Source: Monocercomonoides exilis PA203 (lineage: Eukaryota > Protista > Preaxostyla). Taken from it: a DNA stretch of 64,000 nt. The position numbers and the translations under genes are program-made. Every line of letters starts with the position of its first letter. Position 1 is the stretch's first letter. The DNA is taken from contig LSRY02000022.1 of the NCBI GenBank assembly GCA_001643675.2, forward strand, positions 744,001-808,000, written 5' to 3'. This document shows, one piece after another, positions 25,401 to 39,286 of the stretch. The notes beneath the pieces are model-generated. The model was not told the origin of the DNA, ran no database searches, and was given only the letters and a program-made list of their open reading frames with translations.

Positions 25401-27791
25401 TCCTGCGAAAAGATCGTCTCCAGCTGGTGCCTCTCAATTTGGATGGGTGATGGCCTTTTCGACGGAAGCGGGAGAACTGGAAGTGGAAGAAAGGGAGGCA
25501 CATTGGAGAAGGGAGATGGGTCAGAAGAGGAGGAGGCTACAGAAGAAGATGAAGACGATGACACTGTTGGAGACGACGACGATGATGATGACGAAGATGA
25601 TGATGCAAGAGAAGAAGAGGAAGATGTTGTCACTGACTTCGGAATCTGCATCATCACCTCCAAGTCCAGAAACTTCTGCAGCGAGCTTGTTCCAAATGCC
25701 GAAGAAGACGAAATAGAAAACGAGCGAGCTGATGAGAAAGACGAAGAAGAACGCGAAGAAGAATGTGAATGCGAACCAGAACAGCTTCCGTTCTTCAGCT
25801 CAAACGCCATCGAATCCAGCGAAGACGACCCATTCATCTCTCTTGCCTCCAGTCCATCCATCTTCCGCGGCGTTGCTTGCTCATTCTGATCAAATGCAGA
25901 TTCCGTCATGCTTGCCACTTTTCCTGCTTCCATCCCCTCTCTCTCCTCCTCCTCCTCCTCCTCCTCCTCTCCATCTCTCTCCCCCTCTTTCCCTTTCAAT
26001 TCATTTCCTCTCTCATCTTTCTCCTCCCCTCCATTTCCTTTGCCTTCCACAGCATTCGCTACCGCATCTCTTTTCAGACACAACTCATCCCCTTCTTCCT
26101 CAACTGTTGTCCCCTTCCCCTTTCTTTTCTGCTTTCTCATCTTCCCTCTTTTCAAACAGAAAATCGGGCAAAGCAAACAGAACTTGCTTCGTATAGGAGT
26201 TTCTGCCATCGAACCGCTGTCATCCAAATCACCCTCATCGTCATCATCTTCTTCTTCTCTTCCTTTCGTTCCTGCTCCAATCCCTCTTCTCTTCTCTTCT
26301 TTCTTCTTCACTTCCACTTCCACATCTTCTCCATTCTTATTCCCTTTTCCTTCCCCGTTCTGGTCCAGGATTCCACTTTGTAACTTCACACCCTGCATAT
26401 GTTCCTGCTCAAACTCCTTTTTTCTGCTCCATGCTTCTCCGCCAAGCATCTTCAGCAGCTCATCATCATCATCATCTTCCTCTTCCTCTTCCTCTTTCTC
26501 TTTCTCCTTCTGTCCACTCTCCACAAAGCCACCTGCCGATGATCCCGAGCTTGTGAACATAGGAGGTGTTGATGCAGTTTCCAATGAACACGAAAAAGAT
26601 GAAGACGACCCTGCTGATGATGATGGCAGGGAAGTGTTTGTGAGAGAAAGCCCCAAATGGTCACTCGATTTGACATCCATCTTGTTCTCTTCATCCTTCT
26701 TTTCCTTTTCTTTCTCTTTTTCCTTCTCCTTCTTCCGCAGTTCTTTCGCTGCCTGCCGCATCAATAGCCGCGGTGACATCAGCCTTTTGTTCGATGGCGA
26801 CGAAAACATCACCTCTTCGTTCGCATTGTGCAGCTCCCCCATAAAGTCCTTCATCATCCGCTTGATGTCTGCCTGCCCTCCTTCTCCTTTCCTCTTCCTT
26901 CTTCTTCGCTTCTCGCTTTCTTTCTGCCAGTTCCATCCCCCAAAGTCACCACCCATCCCTGACGAATGCAGTTTTTGTCTTTCTTCGTTCGGCCTGGCTG
27001 TCTCCGATGCTGATGTCGGACTGCCCTTCTTCTTCCCTTTGACTTCATCTCCATCATCATCATCTTTTTCAGTCTCTTCTTCTTTTTCTTCTTCTTTTTC
27101 TTTCCTTCCTTTGTGGTGCACCCTCTTCTTACCCTCTCCATAACAGCTGCTTCCTCCAACCTTCTTCACCTCATCCGAAAACTGCCTGCGAAGATCCAGG
27201 CCAGAAGAGGCGTTGGAAGAAGGTGAAATACGAATGGATGCTGTTGCCGATGATGCTGACTGTTCTTGGCGAGTGGCTGAGGATGCAATGGATAAGGAGG
27301 CGCTTGGGGTATTTTGTGTGTTGGGAGTGTTTATTGAATGAGCAGGAGATGGAAAAGTGGAAGAGGAAGAAGTAGAAGAAGAAGAAGAAGAAGGGTAAAA
27401 GGACTGTGAGACAAGCTGCTGTGACAGGGTCGACGATTGTCTTGTAAATGGAACAAAGTTTGTGTCAAACGAAGTCGTTGATACCGAAGACGGACTCACA
27501 ATGCGCGACGAAGGCGCAGGCAGAACAGACGACTTGTAGCTGCCTGTCGAGTTGTGAGAAGAGGGCGTGATGTTGTTTGTGTGAGATGTGGAGGCAGAGG
27601 TTGTTGCAGATAATGATGATGGACATGATGATGACGAAGAGGATGATTGGGATGACTCGGATGCAGAGCATGTGACAGTGGAAGACGACGCTGTCACGAC
27701 AGACGCCAAAGAGGTGAACGAAGTGAGCGACACACAGCCACCAACAGCTGGCCCAAATGAAGAAGACGTCAAAGCAGCACCACAGCAACCA

Positions 27792-27824
<33 letters not shown>

Positions 27825-30800
27825 GCCAAATACGCCATCACACCAGTGGGAGTTCCAGCAAACGGAGAATATGGCTTCATCTCGCACCCCATCCCCGACA
27901 ACTGCTGCCTCGACAACTCGTTTCTGGTGTGCTGAGTGGACAGAGAGGTCTGTGTGGATGGTGATGAAAAGGCCGATGACTCTGAGCATTCTGATGCACA
28001 TCCACTTTCTCCATCTTCTCTTTCTTCTTTTTCTTCTTCTCCTCTTTTGCTCCTCTTCAAATCCTCTTCTTCTTCCAACCTCTTCCCTTTCCCTCCTTTA
28101 TCCTTTGACGCCTGCGCCTGTGCCTGTGTGGATTCGCTTGATGCCTCACTTGATGGCAAGAGACATGGAGATGCTGTTGAGGAGCATGCAAGTGGATGCA
28201 CCGCTTTTGCTGCTGGATGTTTCGAATTCTTGCCTCCAACAAGACAATTGGAAGACAAAGAAGAAGCAGGCTGGTGCCCATTCATTACCCGCACCCCTGT
28301 CTCCTCTGTCTCCCCTGTCTCCCCCGATGCTTCTCGCCCGGGTGTTTTCGAGTGTGGAATCAGCGAGATCGTGCAGTGCCTCGACCTGTGCGCACTCTCA
28401 ATCTCTGCTGCCACAAGCAGCGGAGGCGCCACCCCATCAGATACACACAGCGACGACAGCCCTGGCAGCACATTCAGAGATGACGACATCGGCGAAAACG
28501 AACACTCAGCACTCAGCGATGCAAACGAGAAAAAGGGAGATGCCGGATGGAAAGGCTGAACAGACGAGGAAGAGACGCTGGATGGCTGATGGGCGTGCTT
28601 GAGCAATGCCGCTGTCGCTATTGATGATGATGATGATGAAGATGAGGATGAGGATGAGGATGATGCTTGTGGTGGGCTGCTTCTTTCAAACAACAACAAC
28701 TCATTTGGCCCTTGCCGCTCCGCAAACTGAGGGTTACTAATCTCCCCAACTTCACATTTCTTCCCACTTTCCGAAGACAAAACACCACCATCATACAGCA
28801 CCATCCCCCTTTCAGACACGCATGATAATCGTGCAGAAGGCACATCGGCCGCTCGAAAAGAACTTGATGAAGAGGAAGAGGAAGTGGAAGTGGAAGTGGA
28901 AGAAGAAGTAGATGAAGGCAGAAACAATGGAACTTCATTCAAAGTGAAAGCTTGTTGCGATTGGCTCTGCTCTCCTTCTCCTTCTCCTTCTCCTTCTCCT
29001 TCTCCTTCTCCTTCTCCTTTCTCTCCCTTCTCTTCCTCCTCCCCCCACTGTTTGTGATGCACAGGATAGATCGGCGTGGAAGGCGCATCCGTACGCAACA
29101 CTGATCCCTGCGAGCTCACCTCAAAACATGCCTTCCCGCTCAATGATCCAAAAGACAATTTTTTTCTCTTTCTTCTTCTCTTCCTTTCTCTTCCTCTTCC
29201 TTTTCCTCTTCCTCTCTTTCTCCCTTGTCCATCCCCCCTTTTTTTTTGCCCTGCTCTCTGATGTTTTCCTGCACAGCCCATCTGTCTCTCCAAAGGCCTT
29301 ACGTCTGCTCCTGACTCCATGCTTGCTGCTCTCCCGACTCCCATCCTCATCCCCATCGCTCCGCATTGTCGAACGTGAATAGCAGTCCGAATCTGAATCT
29401 GAATCCGAATTCGAATCAGAGTGTGTTTGAGAAGAAGATGAGGAAGAAAAAGAGGAAGAAGGAGAACTAGCCAGATAATCAGAATATTTCATCTTTTCAC
29501 TCCCATCCTGCTCATCTCCTCTTCCCCTCTTTTCTGTTTCTCTCCCCTCTTCGCATTCCTTCTTCTTCTTCTTCTTCTTCTCCCCAACTCTCCTTCTTCT
29601 CCTCTTCCCACCCTTCCCACCCTTTTGTCCCTTCCTCACTTCTGCCCTGTTGATCTTCCGCTCCAGCTCCAAATACACTTCAAATGACCCGCTTCTCAGT
29701 GCATCCACCTGCCTCAGCTTCAGATTGATCAGTCCAGATGACACAGAGAATGACGATGAAAACGATGAAGATGAGGAGGACGCTGGAGAAGACGATGAAA
29801 AAGAAGAAGAAGGCGACGGCGCCGAAAAAGACAAGGAACATGAGGAAGAAAAGGAAGCAGTTGGAGAAGCAAAGGAAGTTGATGAATATGAGCCACTGGT
29901 CGATGCAGATGAAATAGACGTTGGAGAATCTGATCTGCCGGAAGAGGAAGAACAAGTATAAGACGGTGAAGAAGAGTTCGTCTCTCCATTTCCACCCTCT
30001 CTGCTTTCCTCTTCTTCTTCTGTCTCCCTGCCATTCTCCCTTCCCTTCTCCTTTTCACTCTCCTTCTCCTTCTCCTTCTCTCTCCTGCCTCCTGGAAGCA
30101 TCTCTCCCTTAACTGTGACCACCTGACGCACTAACGGCGACAGAGGAGCCAAAGAGCCCGAAAGCATAGGCAGCAAAGATGCTGATGATGAAGACGAATT
30201 CGTCGGCGAATATTTCTTCTGCAACAGTGTCGGAGAAAGCAGCACCGACGACCCGCTCACAGGAAACGCCTGCGAATAGCGTGTTGTCGAGTTCATGTAC
30301 TCCGAATTTTGTGAGTGCAGCACAGATGCAGATGCAGATGCAGATGCAGAAGCTGTTGCGATTGCTGAGACTGACGCTGATGCTGATGCAGACACAGCCA
30401 AAGTAGCTGATGACGAAGAAGGCAACGACGCAGCAGAAGGAGACACCGATGAGACTGTCATCCCATGTGCACATGCCAATGCAGAGGCAGAGGCAGGGGA
30501 TGAAGCAGGGGCTGAAGCAGAGGTGGGGGCAGTTGCTGTTGCCGTTGCCGTTGTTGTGAATGTTGATGTGTGGGTGTGTGAAGAGGTGCGAGTGGGAGAG
30601 GAAGAGAAAGAGGAAGAGGAAGAGGAAGGAGACGCAGCCACAAGAAGAGGAGAGAGAGGCGGTGCATGTGTCGGAAGGGGAGGTGGAGAAAATGAAAGGG
30701 GTTGGTCACCAAGCTCAGGAGTTTCCGAGCAGCCTGGCAAAGGATTGTCTGAAGCAGAAAGATGCGCATTCTGTTGTTGAAGCAACCGAAGTGGCAAAGA

Positions 30801-33800
30801 AGAGGAGGAAGAGGAGGAAGAATTAGACAACAATAGCGTTGCGCTTTTGACCAAACCAGGCCCATCCCCTTCGCGTCCGATGTCTGTCTCTGCTTTGGCT
30901 TCTGCATCTGTCTCTGCCCCTGTTTCTGCTGCTAGCGTGCTCACAAACTGTGGGTTGTCCTTCGGAAAAGGAGAGGGCGGAAGAGATTCCTTCTCAAACC
31001 GATGCTCGCTCGCAAACAGCTGCTCCGCAGGCACAATTATGCTCATCCGCTTCGCTATGTTCCTGGGGGAACAAGATGACGCAGCCGTCTCAGTTCCATG
31101 TGAACGCTCATCAGAGCAGTTGTGCCTGCGATGCTGCCTGTTGACTCCCTCTGAATGATGATGATGATGATGGTTAGACGGCAATTGTGGCTGCTGCCGA
31201 GATTGTTGTCGAGATTGTTGCTGCAGCATTTGCTGGGACTTGTGGCACTGTTTGCTGCCTTGATTGCTGTGATGGCTGTGGTGTTGGTGATGAAGGTGAT
31301 GATGACGATGATGCAATTGATGTGGATGACAATCTTGATGAGCGCGTGCATGTTCATTGCCTGTGTTCATTTTCGTCTTTGACTTCAATTTCTCTTTCTG
31401 TGGTGATGGACCTGTTCCAGTTTCTGTTTCATGTCGCTGTTGTGTTGCTTTCAGAGCGCGTTGTTCGCATGAACAAGTCGAAGAAGAAGAAGAAGATGAT
31501 GATGATGAAGATGATGATGAGGAGGAGGAGAAGGCAAAGGGAGAAAGCAAGATTCCATCACCTTCTTCATGATCCATCTCCTTTCCTTCCTCATCGCATT
31601 CTTCCCTTCCATCATCAACAACCTCATTGACAGCCTCATCATCCTTTTCGTCTTCCTCTTCTCTTTCACATTCTCTTGCTCCCTCGTCCAGCTTGTTCCC
31701 ACACTCCTGATCAGGCATCGTCGCCTCCATCGTCGTCTCCATCGCCATTGGTATCGAAATTGGCATCGGAATCGTTGCAGTCGTTGCCTTCTGCTCGTCC
31801 TGTCTCAGAGTATTCAGCGAATGTGTCACAGTCTGCTGTAGAGACTCCAACCGCGGGATCGAAATCTGTGCCACGCTGTACGACTCCACAGGCCCAGATG
31901 CCCCGCCACTTTGCGCATCGCGCTCATGCAGCACAACTGCAGACTGCTCTTCCTCCGCCTTGCACCTCCCGATCCTGCACTTGGCAGACCCCGGAAGCGT
32001 CGATTCCAACGAGGAATCGTCTGAACATGCAGCTGTGATCGAGGTGAGGGTGGTGGATGTGTTGGTAACAGAAGTCGTGTTCGTGTTAATGTTGGCAGCA
32101 TTGCTGGATGCTGCTGTGGATGTTGATGTGGAGGAAGCCAGAGAATGCTTGGAAGCTAAAGAAGTAGAAGTAGAAGTAGAAGAAGAAGAAGAAGAAGAAG
32201 AAGAAGAAGAAGAAGAAGAAGAAGAAGAAGAAGAAGAAGAAGAATGAGAAGGGGAAGAATAAGTTAAATTAGAAGAAGCAGAAGAGGAGGAGGAGAAGGA
32301 AGAAGAAGAAGAAGAAGAAGAAGAAGAAGATGATGATGATGATGATGAAAAAGTCGGAGAATATATATAATTCAAATGTTTGGATGAACCTGAGTGGTTG
32401 TGAGTGTGTAAATGCGAATGTGAATGGCTGTGGGAGTGTGCGTGGATATGGGAATGATGCAGAAGATGTGCACAGTCGCGATGTGAGTGGAAGACATTGT
32501 TACGGGCAGAGGATTTACACGAAGGAATAGATGGAATTGAAGAAGTTGAAGAAGAAAACAATTGCACAATTGATGCTGACAGTTGAGGGTGCTCACAGCA
32601 AGGTGTCAAGCATTCTACTACCATAAGCACAAACAGAGCACATGTCGCATCTTCGCAATAGGAGCATACGCAATTGCAGCTCACTCCATCATCGCCTCCA
32701 GAAATCTGTTGCATCTTTGAGGAATCAAATCCGTGCAAAGTGGTTGAATGCTCAGATAAGCTCGGAGCAGCTGCAAAAGACAAGGGAACGAGAGGTATGG
32801 CAGCTGAAGAAGAAGAAGTAGTAGTAGAAGAAGAAGAAGAAGGTAAAGAAGAAGAAGAAGAAGATGATGATGATGATGAGAAAGAAACTGAAGAGAATGA
32901 GCCTGGGCTCCCCATCAGCGGCAGCAGAGGAACAGGTGACATGACAGGAGAAGTGAGTGTCGTTGAAAGCGATTGTCTCCTGACAGATCCTGCCTCAGCA
33001 GAAGGCGTAAGAAACGGGGAAAGGATCGAGCGGTTTGACACAGGCGACAGAGCGGTGGGGGTATACTGCGAGGAAAGCGATGAATGCAGAGAAAACAGTG
33101 TCTGTGCAGGAGGAGAAAGAGGATGCAGAAGAGTAAGCGGAGATGCAGAGGGAACCTGGCAAGAGCTGCGAGGAGTCGAAGAATTGTTCGACGAGGCTGA
33201 AGAAGGAAGAGAAGTCTGTCCAGAGGAAGAAGAGGAGGAAGAAGAAAAAGGAATTGAGGCAGAGATAGACTGTGCATTGCACGAGGAAGCAGAAGAGCGA
33301 GCCGATAGATGTAAGTTCGGCTCGTGTGATATTACCAGCGAAGGCACAAGACGCGGCGATGACAGCACAAAAGAAGGTGTCAGACGCAAACTGCTTGCCG
33401 GTCCTATGCTCCGAAGCTTGAACTGATCGTCTGCCATGCCAGGCATGCTGCATGCAACGTAGCATGAATCTGGAACTGGATGTTCAGCAGGAATAAGCCG
33501 ACAGTTGCTACAGCGTTTTGCCTCGCTTGTGGCGGCCTCGTAAGCTTTGTCTGACCACAGGAGCAGCTGCTTCAGAACACGTACCAATTTTCCAACCAGA
33601 TTCTCGCGATCATCATCCAAAGTGCTCTTGAACTCCTCATTTCTTCTAAGTTCCTGTTTTTTTTCGGAAACAAGCTCACTTACTGTACTATCAATACATG
33701 GAGTAATTTTTCGATAGTCTTGGGCCTCCTTCAACATCTTCTCTGTACGTTCATGCAGTTTTTCCACCTCTTCTTCCGATATCCCTTCCCATGTAACCCC

Positions 33801-34515
33801 TCCAAAGATATACGCCATCGACGTAATCACGCTGTTGATTGGCATGTTTTTACTTCTAAGCTCGCAGCGTTCCACACACGCAAGAATTGTATACAAGGCG
33901 TTATATATTTTTTGTCTAAATAATCAAGAAATCGATAAATTTTGTTTAACAAATATAATTATTCAACAAAATATTTTTTATAAAATGTTTATAAACATGC
34001 AAACGCATTGAAGGTGCATTTCAGGAATACTTTATTTAAATAAAATGATAATTGTCATACAAGATTTTTCCAAGAATTTGTCCTTCATATGCCGCCCACA
34101 ACTCAATAAAAAAATAAAACGAATCAAAATATATTAGCTCATCCTTTTCGCTTCCTGAAGTCAAACAGTTGAAAATCGATAATTTAATTTTATCATTAAA
34201 TTTACTGAAGTGGAATAAAGTAACAATGATATACAAACGCAAAAGCTCAAAAATGAAGTGAATATCTTCTTCTTTAATTGTTGGCAGAAAACGTTCGCAA
34301 AATTTCGTAAACCCTTGATACTTCATTCCATTGTTTGGTTTGCAATTCCTTAAAAACCATCTCAGTAAAATATATCTTCCCTCCGGAACATAAAATAAAT
34401 ATTTTAACTCAAATTCACTTTTCAATCCTTCCAGTTCCGAGCCAAACACCTCAAAATGAGACTGCCACCTTACTTCTTCCGTTTGTGTAATGTGCCGTTG
34501 CCGTGAACTAACAGC
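22418..34515 (-). CDS. Giant Ser/Glu/His-rich low-complexity protein (~3,800-aa last exon plus small upstream exons), left-arm copy with apparent homopolymer frameshifts
   Basis: ORFs 29121-33896 and 22418-29356 become one frame if four extra homopolymer bases at ~29160-29250 are removed, as in the mirror copy. An upstream globular exon region lies at ~34036-34515. The 5' end is not determined. Confidence 0.7.
32161..32349. repeat. (GAA)n/(GAT)n coding microsatellite (poly-Ser on the minus strand)
   Basis: Long GAA runs. The mirror copy at ~57079-57148 is 15 nt (5 codons) shorter. Confidence 0.9.
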
Positions 34516-35499
34516 GAGACTCTACTCGTCTCAATGAAATAAAACGCAAAAATTATAAATAAATTAATTAGTAAAGGGTTAATTTTTATTTCTTTTTTCT
34601 TTGGGCATTATGACTATAAAAGTCAATGCATTTAAATGGAGTGTTGCTCAGTTATAATAAAACTCAATAAACAGGAAATTTTATGTTTTTCAAAAACAAT
34701 TTATTATAATTGACATAATTTTGAATTATTAGATAAATTGTGAAATAAAAAAATATTTCAAAATGTTTTATTTATTTCAAGATTCCCCAGTAATTTTAAA
34801 TAAAAGGCAGTGTTTTTAAGAAAAACCAGTTTTTTTCAATTGTGACCTGAAAGTCTTGCATTTATCAAAAAAACATTTTTTACATGTCGAAGCCAAAAAT
34901 GCATCAACATTAAATATTATGTTATGTTTTTCATAAATAAAGCTTTTTTTTTGTGAGTTTTTTTAATTATTTTTATCATTTTCCTTCGAATGTGAAAATG
35001 AATCGTTTTCTAATAATAATGAATTTTAGCATGAAGATAAACGTTCAGCGAACATTTGCATCCATTTATATCAGAGTTTTGACTCATACCTGTTGAATTT
35101 CACTTTTTTGGCATTTTGAACTTTCTGTATTTTAGTGAAACAATGTAATAATCAAAAACAATTGGTTCACACTTAATCAACAAACAATATTTAACAATAT
35201 TATAGAAATATTTTTCTGTTTTTGAAATTTTCACATTGATTAATACTCACTTACGCAAATGATCAAATCATTTTCAAGGTTTCTCGACACATATGGATTG
35301 AAAACAAAAATGCAATTAAAACCGGTTTAAGAGCATTTATTTTTGTCAATTTTAATTATTTTCTACCTATTTTATTTTCTTTTTAAAAAGCTTTCTTGCA
35401 TAAAGTTTGAATAACTTTTTATCAGCACTTTCTGATTGACATCCATTGCTAAAATGCTGGAAAGAAACGACACAAATTAGATCACGAGAATGCAGTTGC

Positions 35500-36640
35500 T
35501 GTTGTGTATGATTTCTTGATGTTCGGATATTTTTTATTATTTTGAATAGATTTATTTTTCTGGTTTGTTAGATTGAAATGAAGAGAAAAGAAGTAGATAA
35601 TATTTGAAAAGAATTCAATGAACGATGAAATGAATAAAGAAGAATAGAAATCTATTATAGGATGAAATGTTCGATGTCCTTCATGAAATGAAAAGAAATA
35701 AGAAAAAGAAGGGAGAGCAAGTGAGTGATCCATGTCAATGCAATGTTTCTCTTAGTCGCAACTCTGCGCTGGATTCACTTGAATTACGTGTTTTGTACCA
35801 TCTGTTTAATGTTTTGAACAAAATGGAAAGCAAAGAAGAAAGAAAATTGAAATTATCTTGATGGAATTGAAAAATATTAGAAATACAGTGTGACAATTTT
35901 TCTTTCATTTTTGACATTTTCAAATATCATTCTCATTTTTTGATAAGGGATTTGAAAAAGATCAAACCCAGATAACATCAAAGAGATTTTCAAGAATAAT
36001 CAGGTACATTTCATCCTCACTCATCTTGCCTATCAATTGGCTTGGGTATTTTTATTTAGTTGATTTTTTGAAAAAAGGAGTTTGGAAGATGTCAACGTGA
36101 ATGAGTAGAGTTTTGAAAGAGAAGCAAAAAGAGAACTGGAATATCTGATGAAATGTGTGTATCGGAAGAGAGAAATAAAAAAGAGAGAAAAGCAAAAGTA
36201 TTGCTTGTGTTGGAAGATTGCTCCATCAATTTTTGATTTATTTCGATGTTGTTGATTGTGAAATGAAGCATTTACTGGGCTTATTGGAGATATTTCTCGT
36301 TTGAATCGAGCAAGGAAAGATAATTGTTGAGAAACATGTGATGAATGCATTGAAACATTAGGTATATCATTTCATCGCTCAGATGCGCAGATTGAGGATT
36401 CGCTGAAAAGTGGAGCAATTGATGCTAATTTGGAGGAAGTATTTGAATCCAGTGAGAGAGACATCATGATTGATGGTAACTCCCTTTCAAAGAAATATGA
36501 GAAAGATTGAAAGAAAAGACGGAAAATGAATAGAAGGAAGTGAAGCTGAAAGAGATACGATGAAATCTATATGAAGAGATAGAAGTAGAACTTTTCGAAG
36601 ATTTCATATATGGATTGTGTTATGTTTAGATAAGAGGAAA
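35500..36640 (+). pseudogene. Decayed member of an expanded helical hypothetical-protein family
   Basis: Broken frames with remnants such as EDSLKSGAIDANLEE and RLKEKT...EAE. From memory these resemble a large Monocercomonoides hypothetical family. Boundaries are approximate. Confidence 0.45.
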
Positions 36641-37399
36641 ATGAAATTAATATTTTTTTCAAAAATCATTGAGAATATGGGCGATTATTTTTGAAATCAT
36701 ATTTTTTCATTCTAAAATTTCAGTTCGAAAATTTCACTTGAATATCAACAAAAGAACACTGAAAAAGGAAAAAACTTATAAAAGAAATCATCATCTTTAT
36801 TTGAGAAAAAACACAAATTATTAACACAATCGTCATGAATTGTGCATTTGTTAACAAATTTATTTCCAAAAATCAACTATTTTGGAAAATAATCACCCCG
36901 AAAAAAGTTATGTTTTCAAAAATAACCACCCATATTTATTTGTTTTTTGCTTTTCAGATTTTATTGATATTTCATGCTTTTGTATTTTTGCTTTTCTCAT
37001 CCTTGAACAAAGCATTTGTTTATCTAAATTGTGAAGCGATCAATTTTTCTTTTATAATCAACGTAAAAAAAGGAAGAATCTAATTTGAAAAATACAAGTT
37101 TGTAATTGCTCTTGACTCAAATAATACACTTTTTTCTTCAATGTTGATTAATGAAAAGAAAAATTCGTTCATTTTGAACTTTTGAAAATAAGAAAAAATA
37201 CAACCATATATCAAGTTGAAAAAAATATTGCTCATAGAAGTTAATTTCTTTCTCCATCAAATCATCACAAAGAATTATAATTTTTGAAAAGTATAGTGGC
37301 ATTTTTTCCACATTGTTTTTGTATTCTTATCCAGATTTTAATTGCTGAATTCCTATGTAACATTTGAACTCGCGTTTATCGAATTTAATTTTCATGAAA

Positions 37400-38100
37400 T
37401 TCAAAAATCAACTGCTCGCTTGCAGGTTGTTTGCATTTTTTAATTCTGTTTAATTGTTATTGCAGCTTCCATTGTTCAACTTGCTGTCAATTTTTATCAT
37501 GTCCTTCGCAGTTAAAGCACTTTTCTTCTGTTAGTGGTAATATTGCCGTCGGGAAAGATCTTGCTAATTAGCTTCAATTAAACTTCGTATGTGTCATTCT
37601 TTGATGATCTGACTTCACACTGAACAGCACTTCTGCCGAAGAAGAAAATGATGAAGAAAATGCCACTGTTCCAATCAAACTTCTCTCTTTGTTTGTAACA
37701 ATAACAGAATTTTTTTTGTCCCAGTCGCAATAGTTGTTGTCGCACATACATGATTTCCATCCATCAATGTGGTTGTCAAGTTAATCTGTATCTCGCTCAT
37801 CTCAAAGGCTTTCGTCACTATTTTGCACGGATATGTTGTATTTGCCCCACAAAGCGGAAATGTATCATTTCCACTTCCTGAAATATAAATCGTCTTGTCT
37901 TTCAACCAATCCTTTTTAGATGTTTGATCAAACATCCAAGCACTGCATTTGCATAACTGAAGGATTAGAACATTCTCCTTTCATTTGCATTCGTATTGAA
38001 AAATTCATTGAACAAATTGATTGAAGACTCAAAAAGTTTATAGCTATCATTATGCAGCACTTCGTGAACATCTGGATTTATTGTTGTTCTGCATTTTAAT
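37400..38100 (-). pseudogene. Decayed fragment of an expanded surface/beta-helix-like protein family
   Basis: WLKDKTIYISGSGNDTFPLCGANTTYPCKIVTKAF...LMDGNH has the GxD..CG....PCxT-like motif. Flanking frames are broken. Confidence 0.55.
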
Positions 38101-39286
38101 TCGTAAAAGAACTTAAAATAACATTATAATCCATTGTTTGGAGCTTTTGCTTGAACTTGATAAAATAAAAGACTTTATCCTTCTATCAATGTTGAGCAAA
38201 AAATAAATTGAAAATTCTTCATTTTGAATTTTGTGGGAACGCATTCAACATATGTCTCTTCCACAGAATCTGTAAGCAAGAAATAACTGACTGAGCATTC
38301 AAACGCGCATGCTCATTATATTCATCAATTATCTGTTTGTTGAATCTCGATGTTTTAATCTGAACTTTCTCGGAAATATATCCATTTTTTGATAAAATGC
38401 TTTGAATGTTGACTTTAATACAATCAGGTGCATCTTATCTTCGAATAATTTTCTGTTTTCTTTTCCTTTTCTCGCTTCACAATCACATCTTCTTTCGACA
38501 AATTAAATTCTTCAAATTTTGCATGTCATAATCATCTATTCAAATTTTCGAAAACGACATGATATGAAATTTCAGAATTTAATGTCAGAACTTCTTATCT
38601 GTCGTCATTTTGTTCAGAATTGAAAAAAAAATTTTTTGATAAGATACCATAACTATCTGATCAAAGATAAAAACAACATTTTTCTATAATTTCAATGTGT
38701 AATTGTCTAATTATTGTTTTTTCTTAATATTCATTTTTTTTAATAAAAAGAAAACAATTTTTGAGAGAAAATTATTGGAAAATCTTGAGAATTCACAAAA
38801 AACTGTATTTTTATTGAAATTGCTGATTCAATTTTTACCAACAAATGATATTATTATCAAACAATCGTTATAAAAATAAATGCCTATGAATAATTTGATT
38901 TTTTAATTTCTAAATTACATTTAAAAACTCAATTTCGTCAAGACTCAAAAAAATGAATTTTTTAAAAATCTTTCCATTAAAAATGAAAAAATGCAATTCA
39001 GAACATGGTTGCAACCATTTTTCTATCAAAAATATTTCTATACAAGCTGAAACTTGAAATAACACAAACAATTTGAAATGATCAATTTATTTCTCATTTT
39101 ATCTATTATCTCATTTCCAAAAAGTTTGCGAAAAATATAAAAAGAAAAATAAATTTTCAAAAAAATCTCGAAAAATTGAAAAAGATTGAATCATTCACAA
39201 TAGAAAAAATGTTGGTATTCAATCAAAAAATTTTCATTTTAATATATGGAACTGATCAGTTCATTCTTTTTGATATATTTTTTATC

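Noticed and set aside
22140-33426. Numerous plus-strand Glu/Asp-rich ORFs and alternative-frame ORFs, with mirrors at 55898-63994
   Set aside because: They are antisense or off-frame shadows of the poly-Ser trinucleotide-rich giant gene.
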